Source of the DNA: Nitrospirota bacterium
Lineage (GTDB): Bacteria > Nitrospirota > UBA9217
Direction: 5' to 3'
DNA length: 64,000 nt
Assembly: GCA_963751455.1 (NCBI GenBank)
Contig: CAVVUN010000015.1
Span: 256,001-320,000 of the forward strand
Shown piece after piece: positions 1 through 11,282 of this stretch (positions are counted from its first letter, which is position 1; every line of letters begins with the position of its first letter). Both the position numbers and the translations under genes were made by a program. A model generated the notes under the pieces. It did not search any database and had not been told where the DNA came from. It saw nothing but the letters and a program-made list of their open reading frames with translations.

Positions 1-1
1 C

Positions 2-574
2 GTGCGGTTTGAGCGCTCCTGATTCAAGGAGCGGCAGCGCATCAACGATCATCCTGGCGCCGAGCTGGGAGAGCTTTTCCGACAATGTACCCGCCGTGTC
101 CTTCGGTCCGATCGGGATGCTTTCCTGCGTCAGGATTGCCCCGGTATCCATGCCCTCGTCCATCCGCATGATGGTAATTCCGGTCTCCGCATCCCCCTGC
201 AGAATCGACCAGTTGATAGGCGCCGCGCCGCGGTATTTCGGAAGCAGAGAGGCATGGATATTGATGCAGCCGAGTGGAGGAAGAGTCAGAATCTCCTTCG
301 GCAGAATTTGACCAAAGGCAGCGACCACGATCACGTCGGGGGCGAGCGTTCTGACCGTTTCCAGAAACGCGGAGTCGCGCACTCTCTTGGGCTGGTACAC
401 TGTGAGGCCATGCTCCTGTGCGAAGAGCTTGACCGGAGGCTGGGCAATGCCTCGGCCCCTTCCCGCCGGCTTGTCCATCCTTGTCACCACGCCGGCAATG
501 CTGTGGCCGGCTTCAATCAAAGCCCGCAGGGGCGGTACCGCGAATTGTGGAGTACCCATATAGATGAGCTTCAT
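2..574 (-). CDS. fmt: Methionyl-tRNA formyltransferase (3' end outside window)
   Basis: Minus strand from ATG 574 reads MKLIYMGTPQFAVPPL...VVAAFGQILP...GCINIHASLLPKYRGAAPINW, the Fmt signature; absent from the ORF track because it runs off the window. Confidence 0.95.
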   Translation of the reverse strand, partial: MKLIYMGTPQFAVPPLRALIEAGHSIAGVVTRMDKPAGRGRGIAQPPVKLFAQEHGLTVYQPKRVRDSAFLETVRTLAPDVIVVAAFGQILPKEILTLPPLGCINIHASLLPKYRGAAPINWSILQGDAETGITIMRMDEGMDTGAILTQESIPIGPKDTAGTLSEKLSQLGARMIVDALPLLESGALKPH

Positions 575-577
575 GGA

Positions 578-706
578 AAATTCCAAATTTTAAGCACCAA
601 ATCACAAATAAATCCCAATACGCAAATTTCAAATGCACTAAACGGAAAGCTGTCTTATCTGGCATTTGGAAATTTGGAATTATTCGGAATTTATAATTTG
701 GAGTTT
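578..706. repeat. Periodic inverted-repeat hairpin element, ~7-mer CAAAT-type
   Basis: Left arm ttccaaat...caccaaatcacaaat...tttcaaat, right arm atttggaaatttggaatt...atttggag; same family as 7692-7812. Confidence 0.75.
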
Positions 707-708
707 TT

Positions 709-1227
709 TTATGCTCCTTCAATAGCCATCTTCCTGCGCTTGCGCTTAAAAATGCTTTTTTTAAGCGTGCTCAGCCTGTCGACAAACAGCAGTCCGTTAA
801 GATGGTCGATTTCATGCTGGAGGGCTTTTGCAAGGAGTCCTTCGCCTTCGAGTTCAAAAATCTTTCCTGTCCGGTCCTGCGCGCGTATTCTTACCCTGGC
901 AGCGCGCTTCACTTTATCCGCATATTCCGGAATGCTGAGACATCCTTCTTCCTCGACGACGGAACCCTCCATGGCCAGGATTTCAGGATTGATGATAACG
1001 ATAAGCGGATGACGGCGCTCTTTTTCCTCCTGGCTGCTCAAATCGATGACGGCGAGCTGCAGGGGAACGCCTACCTGGTTGGCGGCAAGCCCGACACCCG
1101 GAGCGGCGTGCATGGTTTCCACCATGTCCTCGATAAGGCGTTCGATCCCGGCATCTATCTTTTCAACACGCCCTGTTTTCTGATGTAATATGGGATCCGG
1201 GTATTTTCGTATTTCTCGAAGAGCCAT
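709..1227 (-). CDS. def: Peptide deformylase
   Basis: GVGLAANQ, EGCLS and QHEIDHLNG motifs. Confidence 0.97.
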   Translation of the reverse strand: MALREIRKYPDPILHQKTGRVEKIDAGIERLIEDMVETMHAAPGVGLAANQVGVPLQLAVIDLSSQEEKERRHPLIVIINPEILAMEGSVVEEEGCLSIPEYADKVKRAARVRIRAQDRTGKIFELEGEGLLAKALQHEIDHLNGLLFVDRLSTLKKSIFKRKRRKMAIEGA

Positions 1228-1291
1228 ACTGCCTACTTTTTAACACGATTACCATGTAAAATCAAGGCATAAGATCGTCGACGGGGATTTG

Positions 1292-1321
1292 TTGACACCT
1301 CTCGGCGCTTTATGGTATTTT
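1292..1321 (+). promoter_or_regulatory. Putative sigma70 promoter, probably leaderless, for the TPR gene
   Basis: TTGACA-18-TATTTT then 7 nt to ATG 1329; no SD. Confidence 0.45.
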
Positions 1322-1328
1322 TATAGCC

Positions 1329-4300
1329 ATGGCCATTGATAAAAACGTTGTAATAAAGGAATCTCAGAAGTATATCGCAAAGGGCCAGTTCGATAAAGCC
1401 ATAGCGGAGTGGAAGAAGCTCCTTTCCGAATCGCCGAACGATGCAAATATTTTCAATACGATCGGCGATTTGTGCCTGAAAAAAGATTCCAAGGCTGAGG
1501 CCGTGGATGCCTACAAAAAGGCGGCGGACATCCTTGCCGCCGACGGGTTCAGTTCCAAAGCCATTGCCCTTTATAAAAAAGTCCTCAACATAGACCCCAA
1601 GAAAATGGAAGCCCACCTCGCCCTCGCCGATCTGAACGCGGAGAAGGGCCTTACCGGCAACGCGCTGGAAAGCTACAAGATCGTTGCAGACCACTATACT
1701 CAGAACAAGCAGCAGAACAAGGCGCTCGGCATATACCAGAAGATGGCCGACCTCAATCCTGCGAACATCTCCTTCAGGCTCAAACTTGCGGACATGTACG
1801 CCAAGGAAGGCATGAAGAAGGAGTCGGTCGCGGCCTATCTCGCGGCCGCGGATGTTCATGTGTCGAAAGGCGCTTATAAAGACGCCCGGCAGATTCTCGA
1901 AAAAGCGCTTGCCGTGGATCCGAACAGCAGGGAAGTTTACCACCAGGCAGGCATTGTTTATCTCAAGGACGGTAAATTCGTCGAAGCCTGCAAATCGTTG
2001 AAACCGGTCTATGAGGCGGACCCCTCGAATAAGGAACTTACCGAACTCTATCTCGAGGCGCTGACCAAAGCGGGCCGCGACGCAGAGGCGGAGGAGCTCT
2101 ACAAAAAGGTGCTTTCCGAAGAGCCGGGCAGGCTGGATCTCCGGGAAAAACTCTTCAACTTGTATATTTCAAGGAAGGAGCATGACAAGGCGCTCAACCA
2201 AGCGGCCATCATTGCAGAACAGCGCCTTAAGAGCAGGGCTGAGTCCGCTGATAAGGGTGTGAAGCTGCTGTCCGGCGAAGGGGATGCGGAGCTGGATGAA
2301 GCGGCAAACGCTGCACTCGAGCGGCTCAAGACCCTCGTAGACGAAAGCCCGGGTTTTGCTGATGCCAGGAGGACGTTGGGCGATTTCTACGCGAAGGTTG
2401 GACGCGGAGGCGATGCGGCCAGGGAACTCGTCGAGGCAGCGAAGATCCTGATCAGGGACGGTGAAAACGACGACGCGAAAGCCACGCTCGCAAGGGCGAT
2501 CGAGCTTGCGCCCGATTCTGCGGAAGCAAGACAGCTGCTTAAAAGCCTTGAGCCTCCGCCCCCCGAGCCGGAACCCGCCCCTCCCATTCCAGTCGAAGAA
2601 CCGATTATCCAGGCCGCTGCCGGGGCTTCTCCGGCTGTCATACCACAGATGGCGGAGGACGCGGCTGTAACAGCGGCAGTCTCGGAAGTCGATGTTCTCG
2701 TCAAGTACGGACTTGCATCAAAAGCGCTCGAGCAGCTCGAAGGTCTTGCGGGGACTTTCCCTGAAAGCGCTCTGATCCGGATAAAATTGAGGGACCTGTA
2801 CGGGGACCAGGGAGCACTCGCCAAGGCTGCCGGCCACATGCTTGTTCTTGCCGATATTTATACGACGCAGGGACAGCACGACCGGGTAGAGCCGCTCTTA
2901 CGGCAAGCCCTGGAAATGGATCCTCAAAACAGGGAAATACAATCGAGACTCGGGATTGAGGAGCCTGCTTCTCCGCCTTCGGCTGCCGCAGAGCCCGTAT
3001 TCGAAACTCCGCCACCCGCGGCGCCTGCCGTTGAGGACGTTCCGTCTCTGGACGTTACCGATATAACGAGCGGGCTCGATTTGGCCCTGCCGGAACAGTT
3101 CGGAGCGGGCACTCAGATTCAGGAACAGCCAGTAACGCCTCCTCTTCCCCAACCCGCCGCGGGCGAGATAGCGTTCGATGAGCCGTTCACGATTCCGGAA
3201 GAACAGCCGCAGCCCGCAACGGAAGAAGCGCCGCAAGCGGAAGAGCCGCCGGAGTACATTCCTGAACAGCCGCCTGCTGTTGCCGGGGAACCGGCAGCAG
3301 TGGACCTGAACGAGATCTGGGCGGAGGCGGAGTTCTATTTTCAGCAGGGCCTTTTCGACGAGGCAAAGAAGCATTACGCGAAGATTATCCAGCATGATCC
3401 GGGCGATGAGCGTGCGATCAGGCGCCTGTCCGAGATCTCGCGGGAGGCCGAAGAAACCCATGAATTCTCGAAGCTTGCCGATGCCGTTGACGGGCTGGAA
3501 AAGAGTGCCGGGTCGCCTTCAGCCGGGGAAGAGATGCCCGCAAGCACCTCCGATGAAGAAGCAGTACGCCTGCTGATGCAGGAAATAGCGCAGCTTAAGG
3601 CCGAGCAAACTCACGATGTTCCGATAGCTGCTCCCCCCAGGGAGAAGGCTCCGGAAAGAAGCCCTGCAGCCGCTGTGAACAGCCAGGCAGAACGCTTAGA
3701 AGAGGATTTTTTTGATCTCGGCGAGGAGTTGAGGGATGGCGGAACCGCGCTTGCCTCAACCAAACCGGCGGAAAGCGCCGGTGATGATTTCTTTGATCTT
3801 GCATCCGAACTCCGGGATGAGTTAAGCACTGTAGGCGTTACGCCTTCGGTGTCCGCCTCGGTCGAGGATCAAAGCCTGGACGATATCTTCGAGGAGTTCA
3901 AAAAGGGGGTTGAACAGCAGGCGGTAAAAGAAGACGTTGATACGCATTATAATCTCGGCGTTGCGTACAAGGAGATGGGACTCCTTGACGATGCCATCGG
4001 GGAATTTATCCTGACGCCGGAACATGAGCCGAAATTCCTGCAAAGCCGCTATATGCTGGGCCTTTGCTACATGGAAAAGGGCGAATACCAGAACGCGATC
4101 GCCGAGATACAAAGCGCCCTCAGCAATTCGGAAAACGCCAACTCAGACGCACGGGAGCTGATAAATCTTCGCTACGACCTGGCGCTTGCGTACCAGGGCG
4201 CGGGGGACCGGAACAGCGCGTTGAGCGAATTCCAGAAAGTATACGAAGTGGACCCCGGCTACCGGGATGCAGAGGGCAAAATAAAGGAACTCCAACAAGG

Positions 4301-4427
4301 AGATTTTATCTCTCTTGAACAATTGAAGGATGACATCGAGAAGGAAATCTCTTCCAAATTCCTCGAGGAAGGCGAGAGGATAGAACGTGAAGAGAAAATC
4401 CGCAAGAGTGAAAAGGTGAGAAACTGA
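1329..4427 (+). CDS. Large TPR protein, SgmX/FimV-like
   Basis: N-terminal TPR array, acidic Pro-rich linker, C-terminal TPRs with HYNLGVAYKEMGLLDDAI. Confidence 0.8.
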   Translation: MAIDKNVVIKESQKYIAKGQFDKAIAEWKKLLSESPNDANIFNTIGDLCLKKDSKAEAVDAYKKAADILAADGFSSKAIALYKKVLNIDPKKMEAHLALADLNAEKGLTGNALESYKIVADHYTQNKQQNKALGIYQKMADLNPANISFRLKLADMYAKEGMKKESVAAYLAAADVHVSKGAYKDARQILEKALAVDPNSREVYHQAGIVYLKDGKFVEACKSLKPVYEADPSNKELTELYLEALTKAGRDAEAEELYKKVLSEEPGRLDLREKLFNLYISRKEHDKALNQAAIIAEQRLKSRAESADKGVKLLSGEGDAELDEAANAALERLKTLVDESPGFADARRTLGDFYAKVGRGGDAARELVEAAKILIRDGENDDAKATLARAIELAPDSAEARQLLKSLEPPPPEPEPAPPIPVEEPIIQAAAGASPAVIPQMAEDAAVTAAVSEVDVLVKYGLASKALEQLEGLAGTFPESALIRIKLRDLYGDQGALAKAAGHMLVLADIYTTQGQHDRVEPLLRQALEMDPQNREIQSRLGIEEPASPPSAAAEPVFETPPPAAPAVEDVPSLDVTDITSGLDLALPEQFGAGTQIQEQPVTPPLPQPAAGEIAFDEPFTIPEEQPQPATEEAPQAEEPPEYIPEQPPAVAGEPAAVDLNEIWAEAEFYFQQGLFDEAKKHYAKIIQHDPGDERAIRRLSEISREAEETHEFSKLADAVDGLEKSAGSPSAGEEMPASTSDEEAVRLLMQEIAQLKAEQTHDVPIAAPPREKAPERSPAAAVNSQAERLEEDFFDLGEELRDGGTALASTKPAESAGDDFFDLASELRDELSTVGVTPSVSASVEDQSLDDIFEEFKKGVEQQAVKEDVDTHYNLGVAYKEMGLLDDAIGEFILTPEHEPKFLQSRYMLGLCYMEKGEYQNAIAEIQSALSNSENANSDARELINLRYDLALAYQGAGDRNSALSEFQKVYEVDPGYRDAEGKIKELQQGDFISLEQLKDDIEKEISSKFLEEGERIEREEKIRKSEKVRN

Positions 4428-4467
4428 AAAAGACCGTTCCGTATTCTCGTCAAGTTCGTCTCCTCAA

Positions 4468-4573
4468 TGCTGCCTAAAATTTGATCTGCTGATTAATTAA
4501 AAGGCACCTTCTTTTTTCTTTATTCATTAATATGCAGTAATTTCAGAAGCTTTGTTTTAGCATTAAAATTGCT
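4468..4573 (+). promoter_or_regulatory. Possible sigma54 promoter and NtrC-type boxes upstream of glnB
   Basis: TTAGCATTAAAATTGCT has -24/-12 spacing but AG instead of GG; upstream TGCCT... and ...AGGCA half sites. Confidence 0.4.
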
Positions 4574-4588
4574 TCACCCATATACTAG

Positions 4589-4939
<351 letters not shown>

Positions 4940-4953
4940 ATCGACTGAAGAAA

Positions 4954-5024
4954 ATGAGGGACGAGGGATGAGGGACGAAAAAATCGTCCATCGTCTGAGC
5001 GAAGCGATCGTCTATCGTCCATCG
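4954..5024. repeat. Periodic inverted-repeat hairpin element, 7-mer GAGGGAY type
   Basis: gagggac gagggat gagggac ... tcgtcca tcgtctg ... tcgtcta tcgtcca. Confidence 0.7.
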
Positions 5025-5046
5025 AAATAAAAAACAGGAGGATTCA

Positions 5047-6459
5047 ATGAAACCGAGTGACGTACTGAAGCTGGCAAAAGAGAACAAGGCAATGATGGTG
5101 GACTTCAAGTTCATGGACTTTCCCGGTTTGTGGCAGCATTTTTCAGTGCCGGTCGACGAACTGACCGAAGGAATCTTTGAGGAAGGCCTCGGCTTCGACG
5201 GTTCGAGCATCCGGGGATGGCAGTCGATCCATACGAGCGACATGCTTGTTGTGCCCGATCCTGAGACTGCGGTGATGGATCCCTTTACCAAGTATCCGAC
5301 GCTCTCGCTCATCTGCAACATCGTTGACCCGATCACGAAGGAGCGCTACAGCCGCGACCCGCGCTACATCGCGCAGAAGGCCGAAGCATACCTCAAGTCC
5401 ACCGGGCTCGGCGACACCTGTTATATGGGCCCGGAACCGGAATTCTTCATCTTCGACGATATTCGTTTCGACCAGAACTCGCACGAAGGCTACTATCACA
5501 TTGACAGCGTCGAGGGCATCTGGAACAGCGGCCGCGCGGAGAACCCGAACTTGGGCTACAAGCCCCGCCACAAGGAAGGCTACTTCCCGGTACCGCCGAT
5601 CGACTCCCAGGAGGACCTCCGGACCGAGATGGTGGAGGAGATGCAGAAAGTGGGCATCTACGTCGAGCGCCAGCACCATGAAGTGGCGACCGCGGGCCAG
5701 GCCGAGATCGATATCCGGTTCAGCAATCTGGTCAAGTGCGCGGACCAGGTCATGTTCTTCAAATACATCATCAAGAACGTGGCAAAGCGCCACAACAAGA
5801 CCGTCACCTTCATGCCCAAGCCGCTCTTCGGCGACAACGGCTCAGGCATGCACACTCACCAGTCGATCTGGAAGGGCGGTAAGCCCCTGTTCTCAGGCGA
5901 CCAGTACGCGGGTATGTCCCAGATGGCGCTGTGGTACATCGGCGGCATACTGAAGCACGCGAAAGTGATCGCTGCCTTCACGAACCCCACGATGAATTCC
6001 TACAAGCGTCTTACCCCGGGCTTCGAAGCTCCGGTGAACCTGGCCTACTCGAGCCGTAACCGTTCGGCTTCGGTCCGCATCCCGATGTACAGTGCGAACC
6101 CCAAGACAAAGAGGATCGAGGTACGCTTCCCCGATCCGTCCTGTAACCCCTACATGGCCTTCGCTGCCATGCTGATGGCGGGCCTGGACGGCATTGAAAA
6201 CAAGATCGATCCGGGCCAGCCGCTCGACAAGGACATCTATGATATGGCTCCGGAAGAACTGGCGAACGTGCCTTCCATGCCGGGTTCGCTTGAAGAGGCG
6301 CTGAACAACCTTGAAGCGGACCACGCTTTCCTTATGAAGGGCGACGTGTTCACCAAGGACGCCATCGAAATGCATATCAACTACAAGAGGACCAAGGAAG
6401 TGGACGCGCTCCGTCTGCGGCCGCATCCGTATGAATTCTTCCTGTATTACGACATCTAA
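5047..6459 (+). CDS. glnA: Glutamine synthetase type I
   Basis: [32 protein letters not shown]. Confidence 0.98.
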   Translation: MKPSDVLKLAKENKAMMVDFKFMDFPGLWQHFSVPVDELTEGIFEEGLGFDGSSIRGWQSIHTSDMLVVPDPETAVMDPFTKYPTLSLICNIVDPITKERYSRDPRYIAQKAEAYLKSTGLGDTCYMGPEPEFFIFDDIRFDQNSHEGYYHIDSVEGIWNSGRAENPNLGYKPRHKEGYFPVPPIDSQEDLRTEMVEEMQKVGIYVERQHHEVATAGQAEIDIRFSNLVKCADQVMFFKYIIKNVAKRHNKTVTFMPKPLFGDNGSGMHTHQSIWKGGKPLFSGDQYAGMSQMALWYIGGILKHAKVIAAFTNPTMNSYKRLTPGFEAPVNLAYSSRNRSASVRIPMYSANPKTKRIEVRFPDPSCNPYMAFAAMLMAGLDGIENKIDPGQPLDKDIYDMAPEELANVPSMPGSLEEALNNLEADHAFLMKGDVFTKDAIEMHINYKRTKEVDALRLRPHPYEFFLYYDI

Positions 6460-6520
6460 ACGTTTATCCATCCGATGTATCGAAAGCCGGAATCTCCGTA
6501 AAGGGGTTCCGGTTTTTTTT
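6439..6520 (+). repeat. Left copy of glnA 3'-end plus terminator direct repeat (att-like)
   Basis: ttcctgtattacgacatctaa...tccatccgatg..tcgaaagccggaatctc..taaaggg.ttccggtttttt recurs at 16500-16581. Confidence 0.9.
6486..6520 (+). terminator. Intrinsic terminator after glnA
   Basis: gccggaatctcc-gtaa-aggggttccggt followed by T-run. Confidence 0.85.
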
Positions 6521-6526
6521 GTTCCG

Positions 6527-7690
6527 ATGACAACACTATTCTCTCTCCGCAGCAGCGATCTGGTGCGTGAGCGGGACATGGAGAGGCTGAATGCGATCGC
6601 TGAACAGCACATCGGAAAGCTCTTTGACAGTAAGGTGGTCGTGCTCCTGCCGGATATGCACGGCAAGTTGCTGCCTCCTGCCGGGGATTTTCGGTGGAGC
6701 GAACAGGAGCGGGAAGCTGCACAATGGGTGTTTGATAACCGGCAACCGGCCGGATTGAACGCCCTGACAGGGCCCGATGCCGAAGCTTTGTATCTTCCGA
6801 TGGTCGCTTCCGCCGGCAACATAGGCGTTGTCGGATTACGTCCCCGAAACGCGGCGGAAAAGCCGGATCAGGGGCAGCTAAGGTATCTGGAGGCGTTCAT
6901 CAATCAGGCCGGAATCGCCATCGAGCGGGCTCTTCTTGCGGAGGAAAGTCACCGGTCACTGATGAAGGCAGAGACGGAAAGCCTCAGGAACACGCTTCTG
7001 AGCTCGATATCCCATGATCTCCGGACCCCGCTGACATCCGTTACCGGCGCCGTTACTATGCTTCTGGCAGCTGATGCCAACCTTGACATGAAGAGCCGCC
7101 GTGAACTGCTCGAGACGATCCAGGAAGAATCCGAGCGGCTGAACAGGATCATCAAGAACGTCCTCGCAATGACGCGCCTGGAATCCGGGGTCATAGATAT
7201 GCGGAAAGAGTGGCAGTCGCTGGAAGAGATTGTCGGCGTCGTGCTGAACCGGCTGGGCGAGCGCCTGAACGAACATCCGGTCACGCTCAATCTCCCGGCG
7301 AACCTGCCTCTCATTCCCTTTGACGGGCTGCTCCTGGAGCAGGTCTTCATGAACCTGTTCGAGAACGCGATCAAATATACTCCTGCGGGAACGCCGCTCG
7401 AACTCACGGCATCGGAAGAATTATACACAGTCACCGTGGAACTGGCGGACCGCGGGCCGGGCATACCACACGGGGAAGAAGAGCGTATTTTCGACAAATT
7501 CGTACGGGGCCGCAATGCAGGAGGAGGAGTGGGACTAGGTCTCGCGATCTGCCGGGCCATCATCACTGCCCACGGCGGCCGCATCTGGGTTGAGAACCGA
7601 GCTGGGGGCGGGGCCGTGTTCCGGTTCACCTTGTCCGCGGCCGGAGTGCCGCCATTGCCGAAACTTGAAGAAGAGAGTGAAGGGCGATGA
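6527..7690 (+). pseudogene. kdpD: 5'-truncated KdpD-like sensor kinase (GAF plus HisKA/HATPase only)
   Basis: SSISHDLRTPL, NLFENAIKY, GLGLAIC; N-terminal KdpD/Usp/TM part missing; begins right after the glnA terminator. Confidence 0.8.
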
Positions 7691-7691
7691 G

Positions 7692-7812
7692 AAACAAGCA
7701 CCAAATATCAAATAAGCTCCAATAATCAAGTTCCAAATTCAAAATGTTTCGGTCATTGGAATTTTGAGATTAGAATTTATTTGGGATTTGTAATTTGTAA
7801 TTTGTAACTTCG
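7692..7812. repeat. Periodic inverted-repeat hairpin element, CAAAT-type
   Basis: caccaaatatcaaat...ttccaaattcaaaat / atttgggatttgtaatttgtaatttgtaa. Confidence 0.75.
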
Positions 7813-7826
7813 AACTTTTCTGGAAA

Positions 7827-8534
7827 ATGTCTGACGAGAAAGAACTCATATTATTGATCGAAGACGAGCAGCAGATGCGCCGTTTTCTCCGTATCACGCT
7901 TCAGAGCCAGGGATATCGTCTTATCGAAGCTTCTACGGCAAACGAAGGGTTGCTGCAGGCAGCGTCGCGCAATCCCGATGTGGTGCTGCTTGATCTCGGG
8001 CTCCCCGATATGGACGGCCTGGAGGTCACCAACCGGCTGCGGGAGTGGACTCAGACGCCGATCATCGTCATCTCGGCGCGGGAGCAGGAGCAGGACAAGG
8101 TTAAGGCGCTCGACGCCGGGGCTGACGATTACCTGACCAAACCGTTCAACGCAAATGAACTTCTGGCGAGGATCCGGGTAGCGCTGCGCCACTCGATTCG
8201 CGGCCGATCAGGCCGATCTGAGCCTGTCTTTACGCTCGATAACCTTCGTGTAGATCTTTCCCAGCGCCAGGTGTTCGTGGACGGCAAGGAAGTCCATCTT
8301 ACCCCCCTTGAATACAAGCTCTTGATGGTACTGATCCGTCATGCAGGAAAGGTGATCACTCATCGACAGCTCTTGCTGGAAGTCTGGGGGCCTGCTCATG
8401 CAAACGAGGTCCAGTACCTGCGGGTGTATATGACGCAGCTCAGGCACAAGCTCGAAGCAGATCCTGCTCGTCCCCGTTTTCTGATGAACGAGCCCGGAGT
8501 AGGATATCGCCTGAAATTTGATCCTGAAGAGTGA
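7827..8534 (+). CDS. kdpE: KdpE response regulator
   Basis: LLDLGLPD, HLTPLEY, YLRVYMTQLRHKLEADPARP. Confidence 0.92.
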   Translation: MSDEKELILLIEDEQQMRRFLRITLQSQGYRLIEASTANEGLLQAASRNPDVVLLDLGLPDMDGLEVTNRLREWTQTPIIVISAREQEQDKVKALDAGADDYLTKPFNANELLARIRVALRHSIRGRSGRSEPVFTLDNLRVDLSQRQVFVDGKEVHLTPLEYKLLMVLIRHAGKVITHRQLLLEVWGPAHANEVQYLRVYMTQLRHKLEADPARPRFLMNEPGVGYRLKFDPEE

Positions 8535-9142
8535 TATCAGTCCAGTGATAAAAATTTTTTCCAATGGAATCTGAACATAAGCCGTCCTTTGTGGAACGGC
8601 TGAAAACGCTGTTCATCGGCGGAAAGCGCAATGTTGAAGATACGACCGTCTTCCACAAACTTACCCTGATCGCTTTCTTTGCCTGGGTGGGGCTGGGGGC
8701 GGACGGACTCTCCTCGTCCTGTTACGGTCCGGAAGAAACCTTCCTTGCGCTCGGGGAGCATCTATCCCTCAGCATCTTTGTGGCCATCATGTCCGGGATC
8801 ACGGTGTTGACGATCGCTGCCAGCTACTCGCAGATCATCGAACTGTTTCCCACAGGCGGAGGCGGCTATCTGGTGGCGAGCAAGTTGCTCTCACCGACAA
8901 TCGGCATGGTCTCGGGTTCTGCGCTTCTTATCGACTATGTGCTTGACGATCACGATTTCAGTCGCGAGCGGAGCAGATGCGCTGTTCAGCTTCCCGCCTC
9001 CGCACTGGCTGTCCTACAAGCTTGCGTTCGCGATCGTCGGCGTTCTGTTGCTTATCGTTATGAATATGCGAGGGGTAAAGGAAGCGGTCCTCCCCCTGGT
9101 GCCTATTTTTGTCACCTTCGTTGTTACGCATGCGTTTATTAT

Positions 9143-9318
9143 CCTGAAAACGGCAGTTGGACGCAGATGAACGCAGATAACCGCAGATCAAACAAAAGGA
9201 TTTTTAGAGAAAAAAATTCACCCGCAGGGTGACTGCTTTTACGATACAAGAACGTTTTTTTTATCCGACCTTATCTGCGTTTATCCGATTTTTCTGCGTC
9301 CCAAATGCTTTTTTTAGG
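9143..9318. mobile_element. MITE copy 1 (176 bp), TSD ATTAT
   Basis: TIRs cctgaaaacggcagttggacgcag / ctgcgtcccaaatgctttttttagg; ATTAT at 9138-9142 and 9319-9323. Confidence 0.92.
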
Positions 9319-9428
9319 ATTATCGGTTATGCCCTGATCATGAAAGCCGGGAACTTCAGCGACCTGGTCAGCACAACCAGGGCGGACGTTGCAGGGACCC
9401 ATGCCGAGCTTGGCACAGCAGGCATCAT

Positions 9429-9592
9429 CCTAAAAACGGCATTTGAACACGGATGAACACGGAAACAGCGGATCAAAACAATGTGATAGAGCAAAAAGCC
9501 ATCTCGCCTTTTGGGTGAATCCATTACTGTTCGTAACTTCCTATAAATCCGTGTTGATCAGATTTTATCCGTGTCCAACTGCTTTTTTCAGG
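9429..9592. mobile_element. MITE copy 2 (164 bp), TSD ATCAT
   Basis: TIRs cctaaaaacggcatttgaacacgga / tccgtgtccaactgcttttttcagg; reverse complement of 34082-34245. Confidence 0.95.
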
Positions 9593-10943
9593 ATCATAGT
9601 TCTACTCCTCCGGGCTTACAGCATGGGAGCCGGAACTTATACGGGAATCGAGGCGGTGAGCAACGGGCTCCCTATTCTCCGGGAACCAAAGGTGCTGACC
9701 GGCAAACGGACCATGCGCTACATGGCGATCTCTCTCGCCTTTATGGTCACGGGGCGCATCATCGCTTATCTGCTGTACCGGGTCACGCCCCAAGAGGGGA
9801 AAACCCTGAACGCAGTATTGTTCGAGGCCATGACCCAGGGATGGGGCGGATCGGGAACGGCGTTCGTCTTCATTGCGCTTCTGTCGGAGGCGGCGCTCCT
9901 GCTCGTCGCGGCCCAGGCCGGGTTCCTGGACGGACCTCGCGTGCTCGCGAACATGGCTCTTGACCGCTGGTTTCCGACGAAGTTTGCGATGTTGAGCGAT
10001 CGCCTCGTTACGCAAAAAGGAATCCTGATGATGGGCGGCGCGGCCCTGGTGACGATGGTTCTGACGACGGGCTCGGTAAAGTATCTTGTGGTTCAGTACA
10101 GCATCAACGTCTTCATTACTTTTTTCCTTTCCCAACTCGGCATGGTCCACCACTGGTGGCAGGTGCGAAACAAGGATGCCAAGTGGGAAAAGAAGCTCTT
10201 CATAAATGGCGTGGGCATGATGCTCACATTATTAATTCTCATAACCGTGATCGTGCTGAAATTCGACGAAGGCGGCTGGATCACGCTTGTTTTGACCGGC
10301 GGCCTCATCGCTATTGCGATATTTACGCGCCGGCATTACCGGAATACTTATCAGTTGCTGAAAAGACTGGATGATCTGGTCAAGTGCGGCCGTGCCTGCA
10401 GCACCTCGGGCCGGGACAGCCCCAGCAGCTGACCGCGAGAAGACGGTGAAATACGACCCGACTGAAAAAACAGCGGTGCTGCTTGTGAACGGGTTCAATG
10501 GTCTGGGGCTGCATACGCTTTTCAGCATCATCCGCCTCTTCGGGGGGACCTTCAGAAATTTTGTGTTCGTCCAGGTCGGGATCGCAGATGCCGGAAGCTT
10601 CAAGGGCGCGGAGGAAGTATCGCACCTGAAGGCGGACGTGAAGATGTCTCTCGACAGGTATGTGAACTGCATGCGAAGCCATGGATATTATGCCGCAGGC
10701 TATACCTCGTTCGGCACGGATGTAGTCGATGAGATTGACAAGATTATGCCCGAGATCCTCGAGCGGTTTCCGAACGCAGTTCTTTTCGGCGGCCAACTGG
10801 TCTTCCCCAAAACCAGCTTCTTCTCGAACCTGTTTCACAATTATACGATTTTTGCCGTTCAGCGGCGGTTTTACAACAAGGGGATCCCCGTGGTGGTGCT
10901 TCCTATCCGCGTGTAACCCGGATTCCCGGATCGTCCCTTTCCC

Positions 10944-10974
10944 AGCCGGAACCTCTAAAAGGGTTCCGGCTTTT
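10944..10974 (+). terminator. Intrinsic terminator after the permease
   Basis: agccggaacctc-taaa-agggttccggct-ttt; resembles the glnA terminator. Confidence 0.75.
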
Positions 10975-11033
10975 GTCGTTGTGAGGATCTTCTCATGCTC
11001 CGCACATTCCCGACTGACAAATGGGCCTTTCAT

Positions 11034-11208
11034 CCTAGAAACAGCAGTTGGACACGGATAACGGCGGAAAAGGCGGATAAAATATTAAAAATTCAAGCAT
11101 GAGCCATTCACCAAATGGATAAATCTTTTTCATAATGAGAAGTTGATTCTTCTTCCGCTTTTATCCGTTGTTACCGGTTTTCCCGTGTCCCGAACCGCCG
11201 TTTTCAGG
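11034..11208. mobile_element. MITE copy 3 (175 bp), TSD TTCAT
   Basis: cctagaaacagcagttggacacgg ... ccgtgtcccgaaccgccgttttcagg flanked by TTCAT. Confidence 0.9.
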
Positions 11209-11282
11209 TTCATCTTGCTTTTTCCGCTCGATTATACTATCTTTTTATCGTGGACGTTCCGCAAGGATTTATCGAGGGATGT

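Larger units (their letters stand above)
8564..10916 (+). pseudogene. APC-family permease (KimA/YdaO-like, putative K+ transporter), disrupted
   Basis: GADGLSSSCYGPEE, FPTGGGGY, YTGIEAVSNG; frameshifts near 8944 and ~10385 and two MITE insertions whose removal restores AFIIGY and AGIIVLLLRAY. Confidence 0.85.

Noticed and set aside
254-1012. 252 aa plus-strand ORF and similar long antisense ORFs over glnA, his, murA and rho
   Set aside because: Overlap well-supported genes on the opposite strand; no recognisable motifs.
9143-9592. Inserts in the permease as introns or ribosome-bypass elements
   Set aside because: Clear TSDs and TIRs, intergenic copies, and independent frameshifts in the same gene indicate plain transposition into a pseudogene.
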